From Eledone cirrhosa (Eukaryota), in contig OZ024751.1 of NCBI GenBank assembly GCA_964016885.1, positions 45,012,001 to 45,076,000 on the forward strand: a DNA stretch of 64,000 bases. Reading direction: 5' to 3'. This document shows positions 1-13,225 of this stretch, piece after piece. The first letter of the stretch is position 1. Every line of letters starts with the position of its first letter. The position numbers were made by a program, and so were the translations under genes. The notes below the pieces were generated by a model. It was not told where the DNA came from. It made no database searches and saw only the letters and a list, made by a program, of their open reading frames with translations.

Positions 1-229
1 ATGATGATGGTGGTGGGTGTGGTGGTGGTGGTGGTGGTGACAGTGGTGGTGGTGGTGGTGGTGGTGGTGGTGCCAGTGGTGGTGGTGGTGATGTTGCTGG
101 TGACAGTGGTGGTGGTGGTGGTGGTGCCAGTGGTGGTGGTGGTGGTGGTGGTGACTGGTTGGGTGGTGGATGTGGTGGTGGTGCTGACTGGTGGTGGCGG
201 TGGTGGTGGTGGTGGTGACAGTGGTGGTG

Positions 230-261
<32 letters not shown>

Positions 262-597
262 GGTGGTGGTGGTGGTGTTGGTGATGCTGATGGTGGTGAT
301 TGATGGTGGTGGTGGTGGTGGTGGTGGTGGTGTTGGTGATGCTGATGGTGGTGATTGATGGTGGTGGTGGTGGTGGTGGTGCTGGTGCTGGTGCTGGTGG
401 TGCAGGTGCTGGTGCTGGTGGTGCAGGTGCTGGTGTTTGTGATGGTGTTGGGGCTGGTGTTTGTGGTGGGGAGTGCTGGTGATGGTGGGATTGTTTATTA
501 TGGTAGTGGTGGTGGTGGTGGTGGTGGGGATATCGTCGTCGTCGTCGTCGTCGTGTTCGTGATGCTTATGATGTTGGTAGTACTCATGTTATTGTTG

Positions 598-629
<32 letters not shown>

Positions 630-700
630 GGTGGTGGTGGTGGTAGAGGTAGTGATAGAGGTGGTGGTGGTGTTGTTGATGGTGGTGGAGGGGAGGTTGT
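1..700. repeat. Degenerate (GGT)n/(GTT)n trinucleotide repeat tract
   Basis: Direct reading. The poly-V/poly-G ORFs are repeat translations. Confidence 0.95.
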
Positions 701-816
701 ACTCTTGATAGTAAAGGAGGTTGGTAAATGAGTGTATTATTAACTACTGGGGTCGCTGCGATCGATTTAACCTTCCTTCTAATTGCTGTCCTTGTTCCTA
801 ATTTAGTAATCATTGT

Positions 817-1637
817 CTAGTGTGTCCTTCCTCCCAGTAGGTGGTATTTCACTGCTATATCTAGCAGGTCAAGTGACCACATATATCTAGTGTGTCCTTC
901 CTCCCAGTAGGAGGTATTTCACTGCTATATCTAGCAGGTCAAGTGACCACATATATCTAGTGTGTCCTTCCTCCCAGTAGGAGGGATTTCACTGCTATAT
1001 CTAGCAGGTCAAGTGACCACATATATCTAGTGTGTCCTTCCTCCCAGTAGGAGGTATTTCACTGCTATATCTAGCAGGTCAAGTGACCACATATATCTAG
1101 TGTGTCCTTCCTCCCAGTAGGAGGGATTTCACTGCTATATCTAGCAGGTCAAGTGACCACATATATATAGTGTGTCCCTCTTGTCAGTAGGAGGGATTTC
1201 ACTGCTATATCTAGCAGGTCAAGTGACCACATATATCTAGTGTGTCCCTCTTGTCAGTAGGAGGGATTTCACTGCTATATCTAGCAGGTCAAGTGACCTC
1301 ATATATCTAGTGTGTCCCTCTTGTCAGTAGGAGGTATTTCACTGCTATATCTAGCAGGTCAAGTGACCTCATATATCTAGTGTGTCCCTCTTGTCAGTAG
1401 GAGGTATTTCACTGCTATATCTAGCAGGTCAAGTGACCTCATATATCTAGTGTGTCCTTCCTCCCAGTAGGAGGGATTTCACTGCTATATCTAGCAGGTC
1501 AAGTGACAACATATATATAGTGTGTCCCTCTTGTCAGTAGGAGGTATTTCACTGCTATATCTAGCAGGTCAAGTGACCACATATATATAGTGTGTCTCTC
1601 TTGTCAGTAGGAGGGATTTCACTGCTATATCTAGCAG
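817..1637. repeat. 70-bp tandem minisatellite, ~11.7 copies
   Basis: Unit TGTGTCCTTCCTCCCAGTAGGAGGTATTTCACTGCTATATCTAGCAGGTCAAGTGACCACATATATCTAG recurs at 821, 891, 961 etc. Confidence 0.97.
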
Positions 1638-1809
1638 ATCGGGTGGTGGAGGTAGTGGTGGTAATGGTGTTAGAAACGGTGGTGATATTGCTGGTGGTGG
1701 TGGTGGTGGTGGTGGTTGTAGTGTTAGTAGTGGTGGTAGTGTTAGTAGTGGTAGTAGTGTTAGTGCTGGCTGTGTTGATGGTGCTGTTGGTAATGGTTGT
1801 GGTAGTGGT

Positions 1810-2450
1810 TTGTTGTTGTTGTTGTCATCGTTGTTGTTGTTGTTGTCATCGTTGTTGTTGTTGTCATCGTTGTTGTTGTTGTTGTCATCGTTGTTGTTGT
1901 TGTTGTTGTCATCGTTGTTGTTGTCATCGTTGTTGTCATCGTTGTTGTTGTCATCGTTGTTGTTGTCATTGTTGTTGTTGTCATCGTTGTTGTTGTCATC
2001 TTTGTTGTTGTCATCGTTGTTGTTGTCATCGTTGTTGTTGTTGTCATCGTTGTTGTTGTCATCGTTGTTGTTGTCATCGTTGTTGTTGTCATCGTTGTTG
2101 TTGTCACTGTTGTTGTTGTCATCGTTGTTGTTGTCATTGTTGTTGTTGTTGTCATCGTTGTTGTTGTCATTGTTGTTGTTGTTGTCATCTTTGTTGTTGT
2201 CATCGTTGTTGTTGTCATCGTTGTTGTTGTCATCGTTGTTGTTGTCATTGTTGTTGTTGTTGTCATCGTTGTTGTTGTCACTGTTGTTGTTGTCATTGTT
2301 GTTGTTGTCATCGTTGTTGTTGTCATCTTTGTTGTTGTCATCGTTGTTGTTGTCACTGTTGTTGTTGTCATCGTTGTTGTTGTCACTGTTGTTGTTGTCA
2401 TCTTTGTTGTTGTCATCGTTGTTGTTGTCATCTTTGTTGTTGTTGTCATT
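1810..2450. repeat. (TTG)n interrupted by TCATCG/TCA, 12-21 bp units
   Basis: Direct reading; grades into the 42-bp array. Confidence 0.95.
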
Positions 2451-5400
2451 GTTGTTGTTGCAGCAACTGTTCTTGTTGGTGTTGTTGTTACTGTTGTTGT
2501 TGCAGCAACTGTTCTTGTTGGTGTTGTTGTTACTGTTGTTGTTGCGGCAACTGTTCTTGTTAGTGTTGTTGTTACTGTTGTTGTTGCAGCAGCTGTTCTT
2601 GTTAGTGTTGTTGTTACTGTTGTTGTTGCAACAACTGTTCTTGTTGGTGTTGTTGTTAGTGCTGTTGTTGCAGCAACTGTTCTTGTTGGTGTTGTTGTTA
2701 CTGTTGTTGTTGCAGCAACTGTTCTTGTTGGTGTTGTTGTTACTGTTGTTGTTGCAGCAACTGTTCTTGTTGGTGTTGTTGTTACTGCTGTTGTTGCAGC
2801 AACTGTTCTTGTTGGTGTTGTTGTTACTGTTGTTCTTGCAGCAACTGTTCTTGTTGGTGTTGTTGTTACTGTTGTTGTTGCAACAACTGTTCTTGTTGGT
2901 GTTGTTGTTACTGTTGTTGTTGCAACAACTGTTCTTGTTGGTGTTGTTGTTACTGTTGTTGTTGCAGCAACTGTTCTTGTTGGTGTTGTTGTTACTGCTG
3001 TTGTTGCAGCAACTGTTCTTGTTGGTGTTGTTGTTACTGTTGTTCTTGCAGCAACTGTTCTTGTTGGTGTTGTTGTTACTGTTGTTGTTGCAACAACTGT
3101 TCTTGTTGGTGTTGTTGTTACTGTTGTTGTTGCAACAACTGTTCTTGTTGGTGTTGTTGTTACTGTTGTTGTTGCAGCAACTGTTCTTGTTGGTGTTGTT
3201 GTTACTGTTGTTCTTGCAGCAACTGTTCTTGTTGGTGTTGTTGTTACTGCTGTTGTTGCAGCAACTGTTCTTGTTGGTGTTGTTGTTACTGTTGTTGTTG
3301 CTGCAACTGTTCTTGTTGGTGTTGTTGTTACTGTTGTTGTTGCAGCAGCTGTTCTTGTTGGTGTTGTTGTTACTGCTGTTGTTTCAGCAACTGTTCTTGT
3401 TGGTGTTGTTGTTACTGTTGTTCTTGCAGCAACTGTTCTTGTTGGTGTTGTTGTTACTGTTGTTGTTGCAGCAACTGTTCTTGTTGGTGTTGTTGTTACT
3501 GTTGTTGTTGCAGCAACTGTTCTTGTTGGTGTTGTTGTTACTGTTGTTGTTGCAGCAACTGTTCTTGTTGGTGTTGTTGTTACTGCTGTTGTTGCAGCAA
3601 CTGTTCTTGTTGGTGTTGTTGTTACTGTTGTTCTTGCAGCAACTGTTCTTGTTGGTGTTGTTGTTACTGTTGTTGTTGCAACAACTGTTCTTGTTGGTGT
3701 TGTTGTTACTGTTGTTGTTGCAACAACTGTTCTTGTTGGTGTTGTTGTTACTGTTGTTGTTGCAGCAACTGTTCTTGTTGGTGTTGTTGTTACTGTTGTT
3801 CTTGCAGCAACTGTTCTTGTTGGTGTTGTTGTTACTGCTGTTGTTGCAGCAACTGTTCTTGTTGGTGTTGTTGTTACTGTTGTTGTTGCTGCAACTGTTC
3901 TTGTTGGTTATGTTGTTACTGTTGTTGTTGCAGCAACTGTTCTTGTTGGTGTTGTTGTTACTGTTGTTGTTGCAGCAACTGTTCTTGTTGGTGTTGTTGT
4001 TACTGTTGTTGTTGCAGCAACTGTTCTTGTTGGTGTTGTTGTTACTGTTGTTGTTGCAGCAACTGTTCTTGTTGGTGTTGTTGTTACTGTTGTTGTTGCA
4101 GCAACTGTTCTTGTTGGTGTTGTTGTTACTGTTGTTGTTGCAGCAACTGTTCTTGTTGGTGTTGTTGTTACTGTTATTGTTGCAGCAACTGTTCTTGTTG
4201 GTGTTGTTGTTACCGTTGTTGTTGCAGTAACTGTTCTTGTTGGTGTTGTTGTTACTGTTGTTGTTGCAGCAACTGTTCTTGTTGGTGTTGTTGTTACTGT
4301 TGTTGTTACAGCAACTGTTCTTGTTGGTGTTGTTGTTACTGTTGTTGTTGCAGCAACTGTTCTTGTTGGTGTTGTTGTTACTGTTGTTGTTGCAGCAGCT
4401 GTTCTTGTTGGTGTTGTTGTTACTGCTGTAGTTGCAGCAACTGTTCTTGTTGGTGTTGTTGTTACTGTTGTTCTTGCAGCAACTGTTCTTGTTGGTGTTG
4501 TTGTTACTGCTGTTGTTGCAGCAACTGTTCTTGTTGGTGTTGTTGTTACTGTTGTTGTTGCAGCAACTGTTCTTGTTGGTGTTGTTGTTACTGTTGTTGT
4601 TGCAGCAACTGTTCTTGTTGGTGTTGTTGTTACTGCTGTTGTTGCAGCAACTGTTCTTGTTGGTGTTGTTGTTACTGTTGTTGTTGCAACAACTGTTCTT
4701 GTTGGTGTTGTTGTTACTGTTGTTGTTGCAGCAACTGTTCTTGTTGGTGTTGTTGTTACCGTTGTTGTTGCAGCAACTGTTCTTGTTGGTGTTGTTGTTA
4801 CTGTTGTTGTTGCAGCAACTGTTCTTGTTGGTGTTGTTGTTACTGTTGTTGTTACAGCAACTGTTCTTGTTGGTGTTGTTGTTACTGTTGTTGTTGCAGC
4901 AACTGTTCTTGTTGGTGTTGTTGTTACTGTTGTTGTTGCAGCAGCTGTTCTTGTTGGTGTTGTTGTTACTGCTGTAGTTGCAGCAACTGTTCTTGTTGGT
5001 GTTGTTGTTACTGTTGTTCTTGCAGCAACTGTTCTTGTTGGTGTTGTTGTTACTGCTGTTGTTGCAGCAACTGTTCTTGTTGGTGTTGTTGTTACTGTTG
5101 TTGTTGCAGCAACTGTTCTTGTTGGTGTTGTTGTTACTGTTGTTGTTGCAGCAACTGTTCTTGTTGGTGTTGTTGTTACTGCTGTTGTTGCAGCAACTGT
5201 TCTTGTTGGTGTTGTTGTTACTGTTGTTGTTTCAACAACTGTTCTTGTTGGTGTTGTTGTTACTGTTGTTGTTGCAGCAACTGTTCTTGTTGGTGTTGTT
5301 GTTACCGTTGTTGTTGCAGCAACTGTTCTTGTTGGTGTTGTTGTTACTGTTGTTGTTGCAGCAACTGTTCTTGTTGGTGTTGTTGTTACTGTTGTTGTTA

Positions 5401-6825
5401 CAGCAACTGTTCTTGTTGGTGTTGTTGTTACTGTTGTTGTTGCAGCAACTGTTCTTGTTGGTGTTGTTGTTACTGTTGTTGTTGCAGCAGCTGTTCTTGT
5501 TGGTGTTGTTGTTACTGCTGTTGTTTCAGCAACTGTTCTTGTTGGTGTTGTTGTTACTGTTGTTCTTGCAGCAACTGTTCTTGTTGGTGTTGTTGTTACT
5601 GCTGTTGTTGCAGCAACTGTTCTTGTTGGTGTTGTTGTTACTGTTGTTGTTGCAGCAACTGTTCTTGTTGGTGTTGTTGTTACTGTTGTTGTTGCAGCAA
5701 CTGTTCTTGTTGGTGTTGTTGTTACTGCTGTTGTTGCAGCAACTGTTCTTGTTGGTGTTGTTGTTACTGTTGTTGTTGCAACAACTGTTCTTGTTGGTGT
5801 TGTTGTTACTGTTGTTGTTGCAGCAACTATTCTTGTTGGTGTTGTTGTTACTGTTATTGTTGCAGCAACTGTTCTTGTTGGTGTTGTTGTTACTGTTGTT
5901 GTTGCAGCAACTATTCTTGTTGGTGTTGTTGTTACTGTTGTTGCTGCAGCAGCTGTTCTTGTTGGTGTTGTTGTCACTGTTGTTGTTGCAGCAACTGTTC
6001 TTGTTGGTGTTGTTGTTACTGTTGTTGTTGCAGCAGCTGTTCTTGTTGGTGTTGTTGTTACTGCTGTTGTTGCAGCAACTGTTCTTGTTGGTGTTGTTGT
6101 TACTGTTGTTCTTGCAGCAACTGTTCTTGTTGGTGTTATTGTTACTGCTGTTGTTGCAGCAACTGTTCTTGTTGGTGTTGTTGTTACTGTTGTTGTTGCA
6201 GCAACTGTTCTTGTTGGTGTTGTTGTTACTGTTGTTGTTGCAGCAACTGTTCTTGTTGGTGTTGTTGTTACTGCTGTTGTTGCAGCAACTGTTCTTGTTG
6301 GTGTTGTTGTTACTGTTGTTGTTGCAACAACTGTTCTTGTTGGTGTTGTTGTTACTGCTGTTGTTGCAGCAACTATTCTTGTTGGTGTTGTTGTTACTGT
6401 TGTTGTTGCAGCAACTATTCTTGTTGGTGTTGTTGTTACTGTTGTTGCTGCAGCAGCTGTTCTTGTTGGTGTTGTTGTCACTGTTGTTGTTGCAGCAACT
6501 GTTCTTGTTGGTGTTGTTGTTACTGTTGTTGTTGCAGCAACTGTTCTTGTTAGTGTTGTTGTTACTGTTGTTGTTGTAGCAACTGTTCTTGTTGGTGTTG
6601 TTGTTACTGTTGTTGTTGCAGCAACTGTTCTTGTTGGTGTTGTTGTCACTGTTGTTGTTGCAGCAACTGTTCTTGTTGGTGTTGTTGTCACTGTTGTTGT
6701 TGCAGCAACTGTTCTTGTTGGTGTTGTTGTTACTGTTGTTGTTGCAGCAACTGTTCTTGTTGGTGTTGTTGTTACTGTTGTTGTTGCAGCAACTGTTCTT
6801 GTTGGTGTTGTTGTTACTGTTGTTG
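2449..6825. repeat. 42-bp minisatellite (~104 copies) with 546-bp higher-order repeat
   Basis: Unit CTGTTGTTGTTGCAGCAACTGTTCTTGTTGGTGTTGTTGTTA. Variant ACCGTT occurs at 4212/4758/5304 and GCTGTAGTTG at ~4425/4971, i.e. 13-unit spacing. Confidence 0.97.
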
Positions 6826-6986
6826 AAATGTGTGCAATTTTCTTGTTTGCGTTTCTAGATTTATTTGTGTTGTTTGTGTCAGTAGCGATTCTAATGCGAG
6901 ATAGCAACAGAGAAAGCAGCATGCAAGTGTTGCGATAAGACAGGTCAGCAAACAAGATATTATAACAAACTGTATGGCTATTGACC

Positions 6987-7543
6987 TATACTTACATGTA
7001 TGGCATTAGGATCAGATGTCTCACTTTGTTCTCACCACATGGAACAGCATATGAGCTATACTTATATGTATGGCATTAGGACCAGATGTTTCACTTTGTT
7101 CTCACCACATGGAACAGCATATGAGCTATACTTATATTTATGGCATTACGACCAGATGTCTCACTTTGTTCTCACCACATGGAACAGCATATGAGCTATA
7201 CTTATATGTATGGCATTACGACCAGATGTCTCACTTTGTTCTCACCACATGGAACAGCATATGAGCTATACTTATATGTATGGCATTAGGACCAGATGTC
7301 TCACTTTGTTCTCACCACATGGAACAGCATATGAGCTATACTTATATGTATGGCATTACGACCAGATGTCTCACTTTGTTCTCACCACATGGAACAGCAT
7401 ATGAGCTATACTTATATGTATGGCATTAGGACCAGATGTCTCACTTTGTTCTCACCACATGGAACAGCATATGAGCTATACTTATATGTATGGCATTAGG
7501 ACCAGATGTCTCACTTTGTTCTCACCACATGGAACAGCATATG
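6987..7543. repeat. 70-bp tandem minisatellite, ~8 copies
   Basis: Unit TATACTTATATGTATGGCATTAGGACCAGATGTCTCACTTTGTTCTCACCACATGGAACAGCATATGAGC. ORF starts at 7000/7070/7210 show the 70-bp period. Confidence 0.97.
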
Positions 7544-7679
7544 ATGACAGCAATAGACCGATAGACCGATACAGTATCACTTATCAAATAGGTTAAACAT
7601 GGTACATGACTAATCACTTAATATCCTGATCCACATTGATATCTGTGTAAAAATGTATGTGTATATATATATATATATA

Positions 7680-7854
<175 letters not shown>

Positions 7855-7883
7855 ATATACTCATATAAATACATATATATACT

Positions 7884-7929
<46 letters not shown>

Positions 7930-7968
7930 GCATATATACTCATATAAATACATATACTCGTATATACT

Positions 7969-8037
<69 letters not shown>

Positions 8038-8090
8038 TCGGAAGATATGCGTGGGCAACAGCTCGTGATCCACAAAAAAGCCACCAAACT

Positions 8091-8125
<35 letters not shown>

Positions 8126-8370
8126 TTATTGGAAAATGTGTGAAATCGTTGGTACAGTTAGGTATATTTAAAAAAAGGAATAGAATGACTAATCTCAGTT
8201 TGACTATCATCACCGACGAATGCGAGAAAGTTCTCCAGGAAAGTTAACCAGGAATCTTTAAAAATTCTCCTACCGAAGTTAAAGAACTTACTAGATCTAC
8301 GAAATCATAATATTATGAAATTTAATCAAATTGTTTAGAACTACAAGTGAAGTCATTCTCTTCCTTTTTT

Positions 8371-8701
<331 letters not shown>

Positions 8702-8864
8702 ACATGTAAGTTTGGTGGCTTTTTTTTTGTGGATCGCCAGTTGTTTCCCACGCAAATCTTTCGATGTGGTCTCTGGGACAGGTAAACACATACAACTTGA
8801 CCGCGATGTCGTTGCATCACATTTTTGATTTTTTTTTTCTAACTGATCGAACTAGAACTACGTA

Positions 8865-8970
8865 GAATAACTGTCTTGCTCAAGGACACAACGCATAGCC
8901 CGATACTGGGCCTAATTCACGTCCTTATGTCTGTGAGCGCACCACCTTAACCACTAAGCAACGTGTCTTC
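8865..8970 (-). mobile_element. tRNA-derived SINE fragment
   Basis: Reverse complement reads GAAGACACGTTGCTTAGTGGTTAAGG...TGTGTCCTTGAGCAAGAC, the same head as the 13024 copy. Confidence 0.7.
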
Positions 8971-9459
8971 AACAGATGTTTACAGCATCTAGTTTCCCCA
9001 AGCGGCCTCGTAACTAGATACTAACTAGGCTCAATGTTGTTTAAGTTCAATGATTGGATGGAAACCAGTGCAATCAATGTTATATGGTCGTATAACAAGG
9101 AAATACGGAATGATATTGAAGACATTGGAGGAAAAAAGCACTTGATATATCTCTAAGGAATGCCATGTAACTAGAAAATACAGAATCGTATTTCAAATAG
9201 TGGGGAAAAGATACTGGGTATTTCTCTAGATACTGAAATGTTCCAATAAACATAATTGAAAGTATTGAAAACATACGTTAAACTAATGTGAAATTATTAA
9301 AATATTGAAGAGAAATAAAATATTTAAAAATATAAAATGCTAAATAAAAGGGACAGGAAATATTGAATCTAAAGAAAAAGAAATATCAAAAGGAATCGAT
9401 CGATAACATCTCAAACCTCATTCGATTGCCGAGTGGAGTGGAACTCAACAAATGAATAC

Positions 9460-9642
9460 AACAAAAGCAATGTTTCTATTGGTCTTACTAATTGCTGATA
9501 CTATCTACATATCACACTCTTGGCAGAAGGAGCAATGTGAAATGAAGTGTCTTGCTCAAGAATATAACACATCAACCGGTCTAGAAACCGAACTGGTATC
9601 CTCACTATTGCGAATTCAATTTTGTAACTACAAAGTCTTCAC
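9460..9642 (-). mobile_element. tRNA-derived SINE fragment
   Basis: Matches 12325-12510 (GCAATGTTTC...GGAGCAATGTGAAATGAAGTGTCTTGCTCAAG). Confidence 0.75.
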
Positions 9643-9687
9643 AATCCGAATAACGGGAATGAAAAAATTTGATCAAGAGATTGAACC

Positions 9688-9794
<107 letters not shown>

Positions 9795-9894
9795 TATATG
9801 TAAATAAATATTTGCTCTAGGGTTCTTATATATTTGATATATATTTATCCTTATCGAGACCTCGTTGGATTTTAGTCTTCGCATTTATTATTAT

Positions 9895-9955
<61 letters not shown>

Positions 9956-10257
9956 TGATCGAGTAACGTGAAAATAAGCGGGTAGCGATCTCTAGACCTA
10001 CCAGTTCAGATAAACAATTGTCAGCAATGAGATTAGGAACCTTTTTTGTATAGCAAACCGTGTCACTCTTCTTTCCTGATTTATTATTACTCCAAGTGTT
10101 TACAACATAGGAATTACAGCGTACTCGCAGCATCACTATGGAAACGCCTTGTTGAGTCAAACTTAGCCAAGCGTTGATACCCGGAGTACCATAACTGGAC
10201 TACACCTAAGTGGACTACCTATAACAATAATTACCCCGTATATATATATATATATAT

Positions 10258-10610
10258 ATATAAGGAAGATGAAATCGAAAATGCAACTGCAGTCTTTTTT
10301 TTTTTAAATATGTATTTATTTGGTTCCTTTACCGGTTTCGCAGTTCTGCTTTTCAAAAGTAGAATTGAGGTGGAGGGTTTGTGGTTTTTCTCACAATATG
10401 AGAAAAACCACAAACCCTCCACCTCAGTTCTACTTTTGAAAAACACAAGAACTGAGAAACCGGTAAAGGAACCAAATAAATATATATATATATTTTTAAA
10501 AAAAGACTCCAGTTCTATTTTCGATTTAATCTTTTTTCCTTATACTTTCACTCGTGTAGGACACCTCGGTTTTTATTTTTTCATTTTGTAAAAGAAACCT
10601 CAATTTCTAA
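10258..10610. mobile_element. Fold-back PLE-like 3'-end insertion (family C)
   Basis: Arms ~10258-10393 and 10399-~10543, 5-nt loop CAATA, (TA) flanks, hammerhead motif inside. Confidence 0.7.
10327..10359 (-). ncRNA. Minimal type-I hammerhead ribozyme motif, UUGAAAA core variant
   Basis: Minus strand: CTT-TTGAAAA-GCAGAACTGC-GAAA-CCGG-TA-AAG. Stem I CTT/AAG, stem II GCA/TGC, palindromic stem III loop CCGG, UH = UA. Confidence 0.6.
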
Positions 10611-10835
10611 TATATATATATACAAAATTTAATTTTAGGTTTAATCTATATATATAAAATATGTATAGATAATGTTTCTCAGAAAAAGCTCAATAGAATT
10701 ATCCTAGACTGATTATATAACACAACTGATTATATAACACATACAAAGAAACACGTGTCAGTGCTATGCAATAAATGTTAATCTCACTCTTCAGGAATGT
10801 GGCGTTTTAAATGAATTTATGAATTTCTCTGTTTG

Positions 10836-10950
<115 letters not shown>

Positions 10951-11222
10951 ATGAGTATATTTACGTACACATATATAAAACATTATATAAGCAAATATAG
11001 ATGTTTGTGTATGTATGTGTAAATGTATATTTCTTGAATGTATGTATATATATGCGTGTATTTACATTCGATATCAAGGTAAATATATATATTAACCAGT
11101 ATGCAAGTGGATTGTTCAACCTACATTTAGGGTGGACGTGTAATAAATAAGTATATATATATATGGCAATTAGCGTGGGTATTGTGTTTAAAGTTGTTAT
11201 CAACTGAGGAATTTATGGAAAT

Positions 11223-11254
<32 letters not shown>

Positions 11255-11314
11255 GTCAGTCTACCTGTTTTTCTTTATATGTATGCACACATATATATAT
11301 ATGTATATATATGT

Positions 11315-11383
<69 letters not shown>

Positions 11384-11394
11384 CATATATATAC

Positions 11395-11456
<62 letters not shown>

Positions 11457-11475
11457 ATATATATATATGTATATA

Positions 11476-11555
<80 letters not shown>

Positions 11556-11566
11556 CATATATATAC

Positions 11567-11625
<59 letters not shown>

Positions 11626-11640
11626 CATACATATATATAC

Positions 11641-11706
<66 letters not shown>

Positions 11707-11725
11707 ATATATATATATGTATATA

Positions 11726-11803
<78 letters not shown>

Positions 11804-11852
11804 TACATATAAAGAAAAACAGGTAGACTGACATAGGTAGATAAATGTCGAG

Positions 11853-11910
<58 letters not shown>

Positions 11911-12319
11911 TACGTGTATATGTATGTGCTTCAAAGAATATGTGAGGGATTAGTTAATAAGTGAACAGATAATTTGACTAATGTCTCCCACATTCAAATG
12001 AATTGTGGCTAAGTTTCTCAGAAGCCGTATCTAGGAAACTAAATCCCTCCACAAGGAAATAAATGTTCTCTGTCGTGTAATAATGGGCTTGGCTACAACT
12101 GTAAAACAGGGAAGGTTGAACTTTTTTATAAATAAGTCCTCAACTGTTACTAAGCACTAAATTTAAGGCCGACCCGTCAGTTACAGCAGGTTATGTGGTT
12201 TGGGATTTTTCCACAAATTCCATCTCAAATTTCTTATGTAATATCAACCTCCCAAAAATGTAATAAAAAAAATTAATCGATCGACAAGATCCTAAAGCAC
12301 ATTCACTTATTCGTCAAAC

Positions 12320-12510
12320 TGGACCAAGCAAGCAATGTTTCCATTGATCTTTCCATTGCTGGTACTATCTACCTGTCGCAACTCCTAGCAGGAGCAACGT
12401 GAAATAAAGTGTCTTTCTCAAAGATATAACATATCCCCCGGTCCGGGAATCGAACTCGCAAACTCACGATTGTGAAACCAATTCTCTAACCACTAAGCCA
12501 CAAGCCTTCA
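12320..12510 (-). mobile_element. tRNA-derived SINE
   Basis: Reverse complement has A box (TGGCTTAGTGG) and B box (GTTCGATTCCC); inverted relative to the 13024 copy. Confidence 0.85.
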
Positions 12511-12582
12511 CACCCTTTGTAACATAGAATCACCGAAATTCTCGATATTGAACATTCTAAAGTTCAGTAGGACTAGTAGAGA

Positions 12583-12850
12583 TACGACGACAATGGGCTT
12601 CCGTTGGTTTCGACGATAACTCTACCTGTTATTCAACAGAACAGTATAGTCATGAATTTAACGTCTATGTGGGCGAGAATTCCACAGACGCGTGTACCCT
12701 CGACATAATTCCCAGAGATCCAGCGTGACACAACGTATAATAAGGCTGGTCATTGGAATTACAGATACAATCTATTTGACAGGTTTCCAATCAATTTTCG
12801 TCTACTCAATCTCACCTACACAGAATGGGGTGGTCGGAGGCTATGGAAAT
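12583..12850 (-). mobile_element. SINE body/tail fragment
   Basis: Reverse-complement similarity to 57180-57365 (ACAGGCTGTTCCGTTGTTCGAACAACTGGAACACTCGTCGTC region). Confidence 0.5.
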
Positions 12851-13023
12851 TCCAAGAAATCCATCAGCGCCATATTTCACATTTCTCTACATTTCACATT
12901 TCTCTACATTTCTCATTTCTCTACATTATTTGATGTGACAAACCCATGAAAGTTCAGAAACAGTCGTCACATCTGTTAAAATTAAAGCCCGCCATAATAT
13001 CGTAAGCCTTTACACATTCATAT

Positions 13024-13225
13024 GAAGGCGTGTGGCTGAGTGGTTAGAGAATTTGATTCGCAATCGTGAGGTTATGAGTTCGATTCCCAGACCGAGCGAT
13101 GCGTTATGTCCTTGAGCAAGACATTTTATTTCACGTTGCTCCTTCTACCTGGAGTTGCGACCGATAGATAGCAATTGGAAAGACCAATGGAAACATTGTT
13201 TTTTCGGTCCGATTTGACGAAAGTC
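13024..13225 (+). mobile_element. tRNA-derived SINE
   Basis: GGCGTGTGGCTGAGTGGTTAG (A box) ... GAGTTCGATTCCC (B box) ... TCCTTGAGCAAGACATTTTATTTCACGTTGCTCC. No tRNA acceptor stem. Confidence 0.85.

Noticed and set aside
817-1637. CRISPR-like array
   Set aside because: Units are contiguous and near-identical, with no spacers.
1592-4230. Cys-rich (metallothionein/keratin-associated-like) and poly-Leu ORFs
   Set aside because: Alternative-frame translations of (TTG)n repeats.
3908-6955. 1015-aa Thr-rich ORF as a mucin gene
   Set aside because: It is a pure 42-bp repeat with a non-ATG start, no recognisable domain, an internal stop in the array and mostly non-synonymous variants. Kept only as a low-interest finding.
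13024-13100. tRNA gene
   Set aside because: A and B boxes are present but there is no cloverleaf acceptor stem, and the sequence continues into a multi-copy SINE body.
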